A stretch of DNA of 64,000 nt from an uncultured Christensenella sp. (GTDB lineage: Bacteria > Bacillota > Clostridia > Christensenellales > UBA1750). Made by a program: the position numbers and the translations under genes. Below are positions 51,659 to 60,755 of this stretch, piece by piece. A model generated the notes under the pieces. It was not told where the DNA came from and made no database searches. It saw nothing but the letters and a program-made list of their open reading frames with translations. Position 1 is the first letter of the stretch. The number at the start of each line of letters is the position of its first letter. The stretch lies in contig CAOKIU010000004.1 in NCBI GenBank assembly GCA_948468595.1, forward strand, positions 1,988 to 65,987, in the 5' to 3' direction.

Positions 51659-51724
51659 GTTGCAGATCCTCCTCAATGAATTGGGCGCCGCCCTGCTCTT
51701 AAAGAGAGCAGGGCGCAGTTCTCT

Positions 51725-53404
51725 TTACCGATTGCTCATGTACTCGATCATCTCGTCATAGGGCCCGGAAATATAGGGCATGTAATTCGGATTGTTCAGA
51801 TCGTCCAGGACAGGCTGCACCTTGGGCTTCATCTCCTGTAGCCATTCCGCCCAAACCGCGTCGATCTCTTCCACGGCGCAGGTGCTCACGATTTCGACGG
51901 CTTTGGCCTTGAGCTCCTCGGTAAACAGGCCGTACTTGTCCTTGTTCGGCACGGAGGTGTAGAACAGGTTGTAATCCAGGTGGCGCCGCGTCGCATGCTC
52001 GTTGTCCCAGTCCTGTGACCATGCGTATTCGTCGATGTCCGTTTGCCGGTACTTGGGATTGTTCAGGTCCGAAACCCCGCCGTCCAGCATGATGCGGTTC
52101 ATGAACCCCCGGCAGCCGCTGGGATAGGGGTCGACATAATCGCCGTTCTCATTGACCGGCCAAAGCAGGCTGATGCTCCCATCCTCATGCAGCGTATAGT
52201 CCGTGTCCTTGAATCCGTACTTGCGCAAGAGCGTACCTTCGTTTGAACAGAGGTAATCGCAGAAGTCGAGGTAGCGCTCCATTTGTTCGTTCGTCACGCC
52301 CGCGGCCATGGAGTGGCCGGACCAATAGCAGGGCGATTCCTTCTGCCAGAAATCGTTCTCATCCAGGGGCGAAGAGATTTTGGCGATCTGCACGCACGTT
52401 TCGCGGTCCAGCTCGGGCAACGCCTCTACCAGCGCATCGCGGTAGTCCTTGATGCGCGCGATGCCCATGTTCTCACAGATCGCAACGCACTGCCCGGACT
52501 TAAACAGGTCTGCGTACAAGGAGGAATTCGTGTCTAGGACCAGATCCGGCCAGATGACGCCGCGCCGATACAGCTCGGTGGCAGCCTTAAGGCCCGTTAG
52601 GTAATTCTCCGTCGCCGGGACCCAGACGTATTGCCCGTCGATTGCGGCAAAGGAGGTCTCCTCTGTGCCATAGACCTTATCCTGCGTCTGCCAGATTCCG
52701 AAGCAGTCCGGGAAGTACCACTGGGGCGCGACCGCGCCGAAGGTCCGGCCCTCGCCGTTGCCGCCAAGGTTCTGCCGTGTGCAGGCCTCGACCATTCCCC
52801 AGAACTCCTCCCAGGTGTAGACGTCGTCCTCTGCGCGCATTCCCAGCGCTTCGGCCCAGTCCGCGCGATAGACGAACATCATCGGAACGCCGTACCCGTA
52901 TTCCGTCAAGTCCTGCTTGGCGACGGTGGCGTAGAGTTTTCCGTCCACACGCATGAGGTCATCGCCAATCATGGAGTCGAAAGAGGCCTGTAGGTTGGGC
53001 CAGGGACTCAGGTCGTCCGGAAACGGTTTAAACGTCCCATCCTGCACCCACTGGAGCCATTCCGTGTAGAGGTTTTCGTTCAAGTCCATCCACAACAGGT
53101 CGGGGACATCGCCGGACGCAACCCAGAGGCGCGCCTTATCATGCCGCTCCCCGAACTGCATGGGGATGAAATTCCAGTCCATGTTGAACTTTTCACAGAT
53201 GTATTCGTAGAGGGCGTCGCTGCCCATCTTGTCGGCATCCGTGATGTTGGTGGAGATGACTACATGTGTGCTGTACGTGCCCGTTGGCTTGTTCGTTCCC
53301 GGCAAGGGTTCTTCGGCAGGCGGTGACACATGCGGCGCCGTGCATCCCAGCAGGAAGAGAAGGACTGCGGTCAACAGGACCAGGGCGGTCAGTCGTTTCC
53401 TCAT
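51725..53404 (-). CDS. ABC transporter extracellular solute-binding lipoprotein (large LplA-type)
   Basis: MRKRLTALVLLTAVLLFLLGC lipobox. 559 aa, downstream of two sugar permeases. Confidence 0.85.
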   Translation of the reverse strand: MRKRLTALVLLTAVLLFLLGCTAPHVSPPAEEPLPGTNKPTGTYSTHVVISTNITDADKMGSDALYEYICEKFNMDWNFIPMQFGERHDKARLWVASGDVPDLLWMDLNENLYTEWLQWVQDGTFKPFPDDLSPWPNLQASFDSMIGDDLMRVDGKLYATVAKQDLTEYGYGVPMMFVYRADWAEALGMRAEDDVYTWEEFWGMVEACTRQNLGGNGEGRTFGAVAPQWYFPDCFGIWQTQDKVYGTEETSFAAIDGQYVWVPATENYLTGLKAATELYRRGVIWPDLVLDTNSSLYADLFKSGQCVAICENMGIARIKDYRDALVEALPELDRETCVQIAKISSPLDENDFWQKESPCYWSGHSMAAGVTNEQMERYLDFCDYLCSNEGTLLRKYGFKDTDYTLHEDGSISLLWPVNENGDYVDPYPSGCRGFMNRIMLDGGVSDLNNPKYRQTDIDEYAWSQDWDNEHATRRHLDYNLFYTSVPNKDKYGLFTEELKAKAVEIVSTCAVEEIDAVWAEWLQEMKPKVQPVLDDLNNPNYMPYISGPYDEMIEYMSNR

Positions 53405-53446
53405 GAAAGTTGCCTCCTTTATCTCTTGTGTAAATCGGCGGATGAT

Positions 53447-54352
53447 TCATCCCTTCACCGCGCCGATGGCCAGTCCTTGCACAAAGTATTTTTGCAGAAA
53501 CGGATAGACGCACAGAATGGGGAACATCGTGATCACGATGGAAGCCATCTTGATGCCATCGTTGAAGGGAATGATTCCCGCCTCCAGCAGGTGAGAAGAG
53601 GTGTTGGTGCTTCCCGCGGCCTGGATGATGCCGCGCAGAACCAGCTGCAAAGGCTGCTTAAAGGCGTTCTTGATGAACAGCATGCCATACCACCACTCGT
53701 TCCAGCGCTCCACCCCATAGTACAGACAGAAGGTCACAACCATCGGCATGCAGATGGGAAGTATGATCCGAAACAGAATCACCAATTCGCTCGCGCCGTC
53801 CAGCCGGGCGGATTCCTCCAATTCCTCCGGGATCGCGGCAAAGTACTTGCGCATCACCGTCATATAGGTGATGGAGACCCCGGTGGGAAGCACCATGGAG
53901 AGGATGTTGTCCATCAGCCCCAGATCCTTAATCAGCAGATAGAAAGGAATCAGCCCGCCCGAGAAGTACAGCGTAAAGAGGATCATGTAGAGAAAGAAGC
54001 TGCGAAGCGGGAATTTTTTGTTGAACGCATAGGCCAGCAGCAGCGTCAGGATCATGTTGTATACGACGCCCAGCGCCGTGATCATCGCCGTCACGCCCAT
54101 GCCCGTGAAGAGTACGCGGTTTTCAAACACGACGTAATAGGACTCCCAGGTCAGCACCTTGGGATAGAGCATGAACGGTTCGCGGGCATAGATGTGCTGC
54201 GGGGTGACGGAGAGCAGGATGCAATTGTAAAAGGGGTAGAGGATGATCAACGCGAACAACGCGGTGAACAAGATGTTGAGGATGTCAAAGAAGGTGGTTC
54301 TTTGGATTGGGCCGCTTCTCGGCCGCCGGGCATGCGATCGAATGCGCGTCAT
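53447..54352 (-). CDS. Carbohydrate ABC transporter permease (LplC-type)
   Basis: EAA loop EESARLDGASELVILFRIILPICMP. Polytopic membrane protein. Confidence 0.9.
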   Translation of the reverse strand: MTRIRSHARRPRSGPIQRTTFFDILNILFTALFALIILYPFYNCILLSVTPQHIYAREPFMLYPKVLTWESYYVVFENRVLFTGMGVTAMITALGVVYNMILTLLLAYAFNKKFPLRSFFLYMILFTLYFSGGLIPFYLLIKDLGLMDNILSMVLPTGVSITYMTVMRKYFAAIPEELEESARLDGASELVILFRIILPICMPMVVTFCLYYGVERWNEWWYGMLFIKNAFKQPLQLVLRGIIQAAGSTNTSSHLLEAGIIPFNDGIKMASIVITMFPILCVYPFLQKYFVQGLAIGAVKG

Positions 54353-54367
54353 GCATTTTTCCTCCCT

Positions 54368-55312
54368 TCAAACGATGCCCTCCTCGCCCAGCAGCTTGCA
54401 AATGCCATTGGCCGACAGCAGGAGAATGCAGTTCGTAACGCCCTTAAAGAGCCCCACCGCCGTGCTCACGCCAAAGTTGCCCGCGCGCTGGAAAGTGATT
54501 CGGTAGATATAGGTATCGATGATGTCGCCCACATCGTAGACAGACGCATTGTAGAGGTTGATTACCTGGTCAAAGCCCACGTCCATCATGGAACCGATGC
54601 GCAGAATGAGCGTGACGACGACGATCATCGAAATGCCGGGCCAGGTTATGTAGCGCATTCGATGCCAGCGGTTGGCGCCGTCGATGGTTGCGGCCTCGTA
54701 TAGGGAAGGATCGATGGCCGTGATCGAGGCAAGGTATAGGATGCAGTTCCAGCCCGACTCCTTCCAGGCGAGGAAGAAGACCAGAATCGATCGGAACAGG
54801 GCCTTATCCGTCAAAAACTGGTGTTTTTGACCGCCAAGGGCCGCAATCAGGCTGTTCACCGCTCCGCTGGAGGAGAGCAGGTTCATCACAATCCCCGAAA
54901 TCAACACCCAAGACAGGAAGTGCGGGAAGGTGTAGACCGTCTGAACGAATTTTTTGTATCGCGCCAACCGGATCTCGTTGAGAAACAGCGCGAGAACAAC
55001 CGGAAAGGGGAAGCAGAAAACCACCTGATACAAGCTGATGAGCAGCGTATTGCGCACGGCAACCCAGAAATCGGAATTGAGAAACAGGTATTCGAAGTTT
55101 TCCAATCCGCACCAAGGGCTAAGGGTGATCCCAAGGCTTGCACGGAATGTCTTGAACGCCAATTGAATGCCGTAGATGGGAATGTATCGGAAGATGAGGA
55201 AAAACAGGATGCCGGGCAGGATGAGCAGATACATATAGCGGCTCTCCCAGGCACGGCGGAAGACGGACTTTCGCCGTGCCGCGCCCGGGCGTCTTTCCAC
55301 GTGCGCGGTCAT
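54368..55312 (-). CDS. Carbohydrate ABC transporter permease (LplB-type)
   Basis: ORF trimmed by 57 codons to the ATG at 55312 (AAAGGAGGGG upstream). EAA loop YEAATIDGANRWHRMRYITWPG. Confidence 0.9.
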   Translation of the reverse strand: MTAHVERRPGAARRKSVFRRAWESRYMYLLILPGILFFLIFRYIPIYGIQLAFKTFRASLGITLSPWCGLENFEYLFLNSDFWVAVRNTLLISLYQVVFCFPFPVVLALFLNEIRLARYKKFVQTVYTFPHFLSWVLISGIVMNLLSSSGAVNSLIAALGGQKHQFLTDKALFRSILVFFLAWKESGWNCILYLASITAIDPSLYEAATIDGANRWHRMRYITWPGISMIVVVTLILRIGSMMDVGFDQVINLYNASVYDVGDIIDTYIYRITFQRAGNFGVSTAVGLFKGVTNCILLLSANGICKLLGEEGIV

Positions 55313-55403
55313 GGAACACCCCTCCTTTGTGCGAACGCAACGGAAACTTCCGGACGGGGGCCATCCCCCTTCATGCGCACCCGAATGGAGCGCTTCCTTT
55401 TGA

Positions 55404-56468
55404 TTAAGCGGTTTCATCAGCCGGGGAGATGGAACACTTTTTTCCGGTTTCCGCGCTCTGGATGCAGGCATGTACCATTTCAAGCGAGTGAATGTTGTTG
55501 CGGCAATCCGTCATCATGGTCTGTCCACGGTTCAGCGCCGACAGCATATCGTCCACACAGCCGGCATGGTCCTCCCGTCCGCTGTAGGCCAGTGGGATCT
55601 CCTCCCGCACGCCCTCTTCCTCAAAGTAGCCCGCGCTGGGAACGGGCTGCGCCCGCGAGACCCATACCCGTTCGGCGCCGTCCCAGCAGGCCGTTCCATC
55701 CGTGCAGTAGACGCGCCAGAAGCCATGGGACGTGGTGTTCTCACACTTCGTCGCCCAGGAGCCGCGAAGAGAGAGAACGGAGTCGTCTTCAAAGACAAAG
55801 GTGCACAGCGCTATGGCGGAATGGTCGTACCAACTGTTGGGCGGATTGAGCTCCTGACAATAGGCGCTGATCGCTCGCTTTTCCCCGAGAAGAAAACGCG
55901 CCTGGTCAAAGGTGTGGATCAGCATATCCACCAGTACGGGATGCTCCATTCGATTTCGAAAGTCTGGCCGGCCGTCTCCCGGGCCCATGAAGTGCGCGCC
56001 GAGGAACATATCGCACGTCACGAGATACGGTTTGCCAAGATAGGTCTTGGCAAGTTCCGCGCGCAGGGTTTGAATGCCGCGCAGATAGCGGCGGTTCTGC
56101 ATCACGAAGTAGGGCCGGCTGCTTTCCTGCGCACAGGCGACCATCTCCCGCGCCTGGGACAGGTCCCCGGCCATCGGCTTTTCCCCCAACACGCAGCGGC
56201 CTTCGCGCAGGGCGCGTGTGACCACGGCGTGATGGACGTAGGGCGGTGTGGCGTCCAGCACCAGGTTGGCCTTGCAATGCTCCAACGCCGCGTCCGCGCC
56301 GTCATAGACCTGCGCCCCCGGGGCGTAGGCATCCCGCAGAGCCTCTGCCCGTTCCACGGCCGGGTCGGCAAATGCCGCCAGGACGACATCCTCCCGCCCT
56401 TTCAGGGCATCGAGCCATTTCCTCGTGATGCCGTTGCATCCGATCACAAGGACTTCCCACATCTTCAT
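55404..56468 (-). CDS. Gfo/Idh/MocA-family NAD(P)-dependent oxidoreductase
   Basis: N-terminal Rossmann VLVIGCNGITRKW and the family EKP motif (VLGEKPMA). The ATG overlaps the upstream gene's stop (ATGA). Confidence 0.85.
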   Translation of the reverse strand: MKMWEVLVIGCNGITRKWLDALKGREDVVLAAFADPAVERAEALRDAYAPGAQVYDGADAALEHCKANLVLDATPPYVHHAVVTRALREGRCVLGEKPMAGDLSQAREMVACAQESSRPYFVMQNRRYLRGIQTLRAELAKTYLGKPYLVTCDMFLGAHFMGPGDGRPDFRNRMEHPVLVDMLIHTFDQARFLLGEKRAISAYCQELNPPNSWYDHSAIALCTFVFEDDSVLSLRGSWATKCENTTSHGFWRVYCTDGTACWDGAERVWVSRAQPVPSAGYFEEEGVREEIPLAYSGREDHAGCVDDMLSALNRGQTMMTDCRNNIHSLEMVHACIQSAETGKKCSISPADETA

Positions 56469-57712
56469 CTCCCCCTTTTGTGTGTCTCGAATTCGCTCTG
56501 CCTTTCCTCCCAGTGTTCCAACCGCTCCAGGATCTCCATATACATGCGTCCGTTATGGTAGGGCGTCTTCCAGCCGTTGATGGGATAGCGGTTTTTCGGG
56601 TGATCCGGCGGAAGAGAGGCGTCGGAGAGCCAATCCCGATAGACCCCGCCCTCGCGGTCCACGACGCGCTTGTCGATGTAGTCCCATACGCGGTACATCC
56701 AGTCCAGGTACTTCTCTTCCCCGGTCAGTTCGTAGGCGTTCAGGAACCCGACAACCGCCTCGGCCTGCACCCACCAGACCATGTCGCGCACGATCTCGCC
56801 CTCCACATTTTCGGCATACATGCCGCTGCTGTTGGGGTCCAGCGCCTGTGCGCAGGCGTCGGCAATGCGCGTCGCAATCGGAATGCACTGGCGAATCGTA
56901 TCGGCGTCTCCCCATGCCTGCGCCGCCTCCACGAGCAGCCATGCGCCCTCGATGTCATGCCCATAGGAAAACAGGGACCGGGTAATCCCCCAATCATCGG
57001 TCATGTAGGGCTTGTAGTGATAGCTCTCCGTGTCCAATAGCTTCGAGGACATGATCCGGATCAGTTCCCCAACCTTGGCGTGAAGATCTTCGTCCTTCCA
57101 GACGCGCATCAGATTGGTGTAGGATTCAATCAAGTGCAGGTGCGTGTTGAGCGCCTTGCTTCCCAGCGCCGGATCGGGAATGTTAAAGCTCTCCGGAATG
57201 CGCGCCCAGTCGCGGCGATAGGTTTCAAAATAACCTCCGTGAACTTTGTCCGCGCAGTGCGCCTCCAGCAGGGCATACACGTCTTTGGCCAGGCGCAGCC
57301 CGCGCGTCTCGCCGCTGGCCCGCATGAGCTCCGCCCCGCCGTAGATCAGAAAGGATTGCCCATAGACATACTTCCGGTCCTGCGCAGGCGATCCGTCCGC
57401 GCGCAGACCCCAGTATCCGCCGCCCCAAACCGGGTCCAGGAACTGCGTTTCGATCGCGTCCAGGGCATGCATGGCGACCTGGAGCCATCGATCCTGTTTC
57501 AGGATGCGGTATGCGGCTGCGTAAGTCCACAGCATCCGCGCCGTGAAGACCAGAGAGCGTTCCGCGTCGGCGATGGGGTGCAGGTCCCGATCAACCTTGC
57601 CGAAAAAGCCGCCGTTGGAATCTGTCGCCTGTGTGGCGAAGAAATCCAGCACCTCCTGCAACCCGCTTGAAGCACGCTTGGCAAGACTCGTTCTTTCGTC
57701 TTTGTTCAACAT
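56465..57712 (-). CDS. N-acylglucosamine 2-epimerase (AGE) superfamily (alpha/alpha)6-barrel isomerase/epimerase
   Basis: GGGAGG RBS. FFGKVDRDLHP, ARMLWTYAAAY, YGQSFLIYGGAEL, NTHLHLIESYTNL, YGHDIEGAWLL, as in cellobiose 2-epimerase / mannose isomerase / YihS relatives. Confidence 0.8.
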   Translation of the reverse strand: MLNKDERTSLAKRASSGLQEVLDFFATQATDSNGGFFGKVDRDLHPIADAERSLVFTARMLWTYAAAYRILKQDRWLQVAMHALDAIETQFLDPVWGGGYWGLRADGSPAQDRKYVYGQSFLIYGGAELMRASGETRGLRLAKDVYALLEAHCADKVHGGYFETYRRDWARIPESFNIPDPALGSKALNTHLHLIESYTNLMRVWKDEDLHAKVGELIRIMSSKLLDTESYHYKPYMTDDWGITRSLFSYGHDIEGAWLLVEAAQAWGDADTIRQCIPIATRIADACAQALDPNSSGMYAENVEGEIVRDMVWWVQAEAVVGFLNAYELTGEEKYLDWMYRVWDYIDKRVVDREGGVYRDWLSDASLPPDHPKNRYPINGWKTPYHNGRMYMEILERLEHWEERQSEFETHKRGR

Positions 57713-57774
57713 GTTTGCGCCTCCCTCTGAAGTTTTTTGCTTGTGTTAACAGCTTAACGGAAACGCAATATTGT

Positions 57775-57788
57775 CGCAAGCGTTTGCA
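57775..57788 (-). promoter_or_regulatory. cre-like / LacI-type operator candidate upstream of the AGE-oxidoreductase-ABC operon
   Basis: The minus strand reads TGCAAACGCTTGCG. The core fits WTGNAANCGNWNNCW, with mismatches only at the flanking W positions. Confidence 0.3.
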
Positions 57789-57842
57789 CATCGAATCGAT
57801 GAAACCACCCCAGAAGTACTAAGATAAGTGCACATTTTCAGT

Positions 57843-57891
57843 AAAAAAAGCTCCCGCTCTCTTTCACAAGAAATGAAAAGAGAGCGGGAGC
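57843..57891 (-). terminator. Rho-independent terminator of the two-component genes
   Basis: The minus strand reads GCTCCCGCTCTCTTT-loop-AAAGAGAGCGGGAGC followed by TTTTTTT, 18 nt after the HK stop. Confidence 0.85.
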
Positions 57892-57908
57892 AAGACCGGG
57901 GATGCGCG

Positions 57909-59630
57909 CTAAGCGCTGGGTTTCTCGCGCAAAAGGGGCAATATGACCGTGACGCAGGTGCCCTTGCCCGGCACACTGTCCACGCGGAGGCCGTAGCATT
58001 CTCCCATGAGCAGTTGAATTTTGCGGTTGATATTGATCAGCCCCACGCCCATGCCGTTGCTTTGCACCTCCTCGTCCCGCGCGGCTGCGCCCCTGGCCGA
58101 CAGCATCTGGCGCATGACCTGTAGCCTTTCCGCGCAGATCCCGGCGCCATTGTCCCGAATCTCCATGGCAAAAGCCTTCTCGCCCTGAAGCCTTCCGCAT
58201 ACCAAGAGCTCGCCCTCTCTGGAAATGCTCTCCAGCCCATGAAAAATCGCATTCTCCACCAGGGGCTGTAGCACCATTTTGATGGTCCAACAGTCCAGAA
58301 TTTCTTCCGGCACGTCAAACCGCGCGCGGAACTTGTCGTTCATCCGCACGTTCATGATCTCCACATAGCGTCGGATGATGCCCAGCTCCTCCCGAACCCG
58401 CACATAAGTATCCCCCTTGACGGAATAGCGGAAGATCTTCGCCATCTTCACGGCGATGGAGGCGATCTCATCCTGATCGTTTTCCAGCGCGATGCCCCGA
58501 ATGCAGGAGAGCGTGTTGTAGAGAAAATGGGGATTGATCTGGCTTTGCAGGGCGGAAAACTGGAGCTTGCGCTGTAGGAGCTCGGCCGCATAGAGCCGGT
58601 TCTGGTTTTCGATGCTCTGCTGCGTGCTCTGCCGGATCTGCTCCAGCATGCGGTTGATCTCCACGGCGATGGATTGCAGCTCATTGCTCGTGGAGATGCG
58701 CACCGGCGCGGTCGCATGGGGTTGTTCCGCGTTCCGAAGCAGCTGTGAACGCAGCTGCATGACGGGGAGGGAGATGTTTCGATGGCTGAAGAGCAAAAAG
58801 GCCGTCGTTCCCAGCAGGGCGACGAGCAGGAAGGAAAGGATCAGCAGCTGAGAGCTGCGATCCTCCACTAAAGCCATGCGCGGGTTCACGCGCTGCAAGA
58901 GCGTCCAGCTTCCCTCATCAAGGGGGAACTGTTGACTCTCCAGGGCTGAAAAATCTGTTCCGCCCTGCGCATGAAGCACGCCGTCCTCGCCATAGGAAAG
59001 CGAAAGGTCCACGCCATTCAACACGGCGGTGCGCAGCACCTCCACCACCGCGCTCGTCCGGCAGAGCACCATGCACAGCCCTACCTGGCTGGAAAAGCTC
59101 TCCCCGGGAATCGCACTGTTGACCGGCAATAGGTAGGCGTAATACTCGGTCCCGTTTCCTCCCGCCGGGCCAAAGAATCCCGTAAAGTACGCGCCTTCCC
59201 CGCCGGCGGACGCATATTCCTCCAATGCAATGGCTAACACCGGCGACACCTGCGTGCCAAAGACATGGGTTTCGCCTGTGCTGGATACCAGGCAGACATC
59301 GACGATGTTGCGGTTGGTGTTGATGGCATAGCTGACGCTGCCGGAATACTTCCGGTGCAATTCGGCAAGGCGCAGTTTGTTCGTCTCCTTGGTGGTGAGG
59401 ATCTCCTGAACAGAGGTGGAATAGCATAGGCCCGCCGCGGAGACGCGCACGTTCTCCAGGATGGTTTCAATGCTGCCCTTGGCCTGCATCGCAGCGGCCA
59501 GAGCGTACTGCCGGGTAGAATCCATCGACAGGCGGCGCACCTGCGCGATGGCGGATAGACCGATCACCAGGAGCAGCACCAAAGAAGAGATTTGAATCGT
59601 CAGGAGCTGCGCTCGTATGCTGCGAAACAT
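57909..59630 (-). CDS. Sensor histidine kinase (YesM/LytS-type His_kinase + HATPase_c)
   Basis: ORF trimmed by 83 codons to the ATG at 59630. Two TMs flank a ~270-aa extracytoplasmic domain. LQSQINPHFLYNTLSCIRGIA, LVENAIFHGL, IRDNGAGI, GMGVGLININ. Confidence 0.85.
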   Translation of the reverse strand: MFRSIRAQLLTIQISSLVLLLVIGLSAIAQVRRLSMDSTRQYALAAAMQAKGSIETILENVRVSAAGLCYSTSVQEILTTKETNKLRLAELHRKYSGSVSYAINTNRNIVDVCLVSSTGETHVFGTQVSPVLAIALEEYASAGGEGAYFTGFFGPAGGNGTEYYAYLLPVNSAIPGESFSSQVGLCMVLCRTSAVVEVLRTAVLNGVDLSLSYGEDGVLHAQGGTDFSALESQQFPLDEGSWTLLQRVNPRMALVEDRSSQLLILSFLLVALLGTTAFLLFSHRNISLPVMQLRSQLLRNAEQPHATAPVRISTSNELQSIAVEINRMLEQIRQSTQQSIENQNRLYAAELLQRKLQFSALQSQINPHFLYNTLSCIRGIALENDQDEIASIAVKMAKIFRYSVKGDTYVRVREELGIIRRYVEIMNVRMNDKFRARFDVPEEILDCWTIKMVLQPLVENAIFHGLESISREGELLVCGRLQGEKAFAMEIRDNGAGICAERLQVMRQMLSARGAAARDEEVQSNGMGVGLININRKIQLLMGECYGLRVDSVPGKGTCVTVILPLLREKPSA

Positions 59631-59640
59631 AGCGCATCCC

Positions 59641-60393
59641 TCACTTCCGATCCGTCTGGCATTCCGCGCGGTACTTCCGCGGCGGAACGCCGACCTGCCC
59701 GGCAAAGATGCGGGCAAAGTAGCGCGAATCGTCGTATCCGACCGAGGCGGCGATCTCGGAAACGGGCATCGCGGATTTTGCCAACAGCTCCTTTGCGCGC
59801 TCGATCCTACGGTCGCGGACGTATTGAGAGAAGGTCTGTCCCGTGGCGTTTTTGAAGAGCTGGCTGCAATAATTTGCATTCAGATAAAACCGCGCCGCGA
59901 TTTGTTCCAGGTTGAGCGGTTCAAATGCGTGTTGGGCGACATAGGCGAGAAGCCGGTTGAATTGCTGGTTGCTGTGCAGGGAGGGGATCTCTTCCTGCGC
60001 GGGCACGCGCTCGCTTCCCATGGAAAGATGCGAGGACAGCCGCTCTAAAAGCTCTTCGGCGTCCTCTTCGTCAAACGGCTTGAGAACGTATTCAAATACG
60101 TCCAGGCGAATCGCGTTTTTTGCATACGCAAATTCAGAGTATCCGCTCAAAACCACATACACGGTCTTGGGAAGAAACGCCTTGAGTTCCCGGATGAGAT
60201 CCAAACCGGACATTTGCGGCATCCGGATGTCCACAAAAGCCACGTCCGGATGAAGCCTTGGCAGCATTTCCAGGGCTTGAATGGGATCGGTGAGCGCGGC
60301 GACGAGGGAAAAACCATAGTCCTTGAAGGGAAAAGTGTGCCGAATATCGCTCAGCACGTATTTTTCATCGTCAATCAGGGCGACGGTATGCAC
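59641..60393 (-). CDS. Response regulator, receiver + AraC-type HTH (YesN-like)
   Basis: GTG start after AAAGGAGGAG. IDDEKYVL, FVDIRMPQMSGLDL, VLSGYSEFAYAKNAI..YVLKP. C-terminal AASVGYDDSRYFARIFAGQVGVPPRKYR. Confidence 0.85.
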   Translation of the reverse strand: MHTVALIDDEKYVLSDIRHTFPFKDYGFSLVAALTDPIQALEMLPRLHPDVAFVDIRMPQMSGLDLIRELKAFLPKTVYVVLSGYSEFAYAKNAIRLDVFEYVLKPFDEEDAEELLERLSSHLSMGSERVPAQEEIPSLHSNQQFNRLLAYVAQHAFEPLNLEQIAARFYLNANYCSQLFKNATGQTFSQYVRDRRIERAKELLAKSAMPVSEIAASVGYDDSRYFARIFAGQVGVPPRKYRAECQTDRK

Positions 60394-60688
60394 GAATCCA
60401 CTCCTCCTTTCCTGGGGGGATGTCCGTCAATTCAAGCAACACTGCATTTCATGTAACAAAATGATAATACAGTTTGCGCGCTCTTGTCAAGGCGCGCCCT
60501 CGCCATTTGCCGACAAATTCCGCATGTCCAGAGGGGAAAAACCAGCCAATTCCCTGCAAAATAACTGCTTCGATGATGAAAGCTCAGCTTATAGCGCGCT
60601 CAACCGATGCGCAGCATCCGGCTCGGCATGAAGACGAGAGCGCGCCTTAGCGCTTTAAGAGACGACGAGCGGGAGGGGGAGGTTCTTC

Positions 60689-60717
60689 TTGTGCCGCGCG
60701 CTGTTTGCAGCTATAAT
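60689..60717 (+). promoter_or_regulatory. Candidate sigma-A promoter of ygiQ
   Basis: TTGTGC (60689-94), 17 nt of spacer, TATAAT (60712-17). Confidence 0.5.
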
Positions 60718-60755
60718 AATGGAGTAAGCCGCCGTCAGGCGCAGAGGAGGTTTTC

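Noticed and set aside
53330-56561. 457-, 342- and 363-aa plus-strand ORFs
   Set aside because: Antisense to the permease, permease and Gfo/Idh/MocA frames of the second sugar locus.
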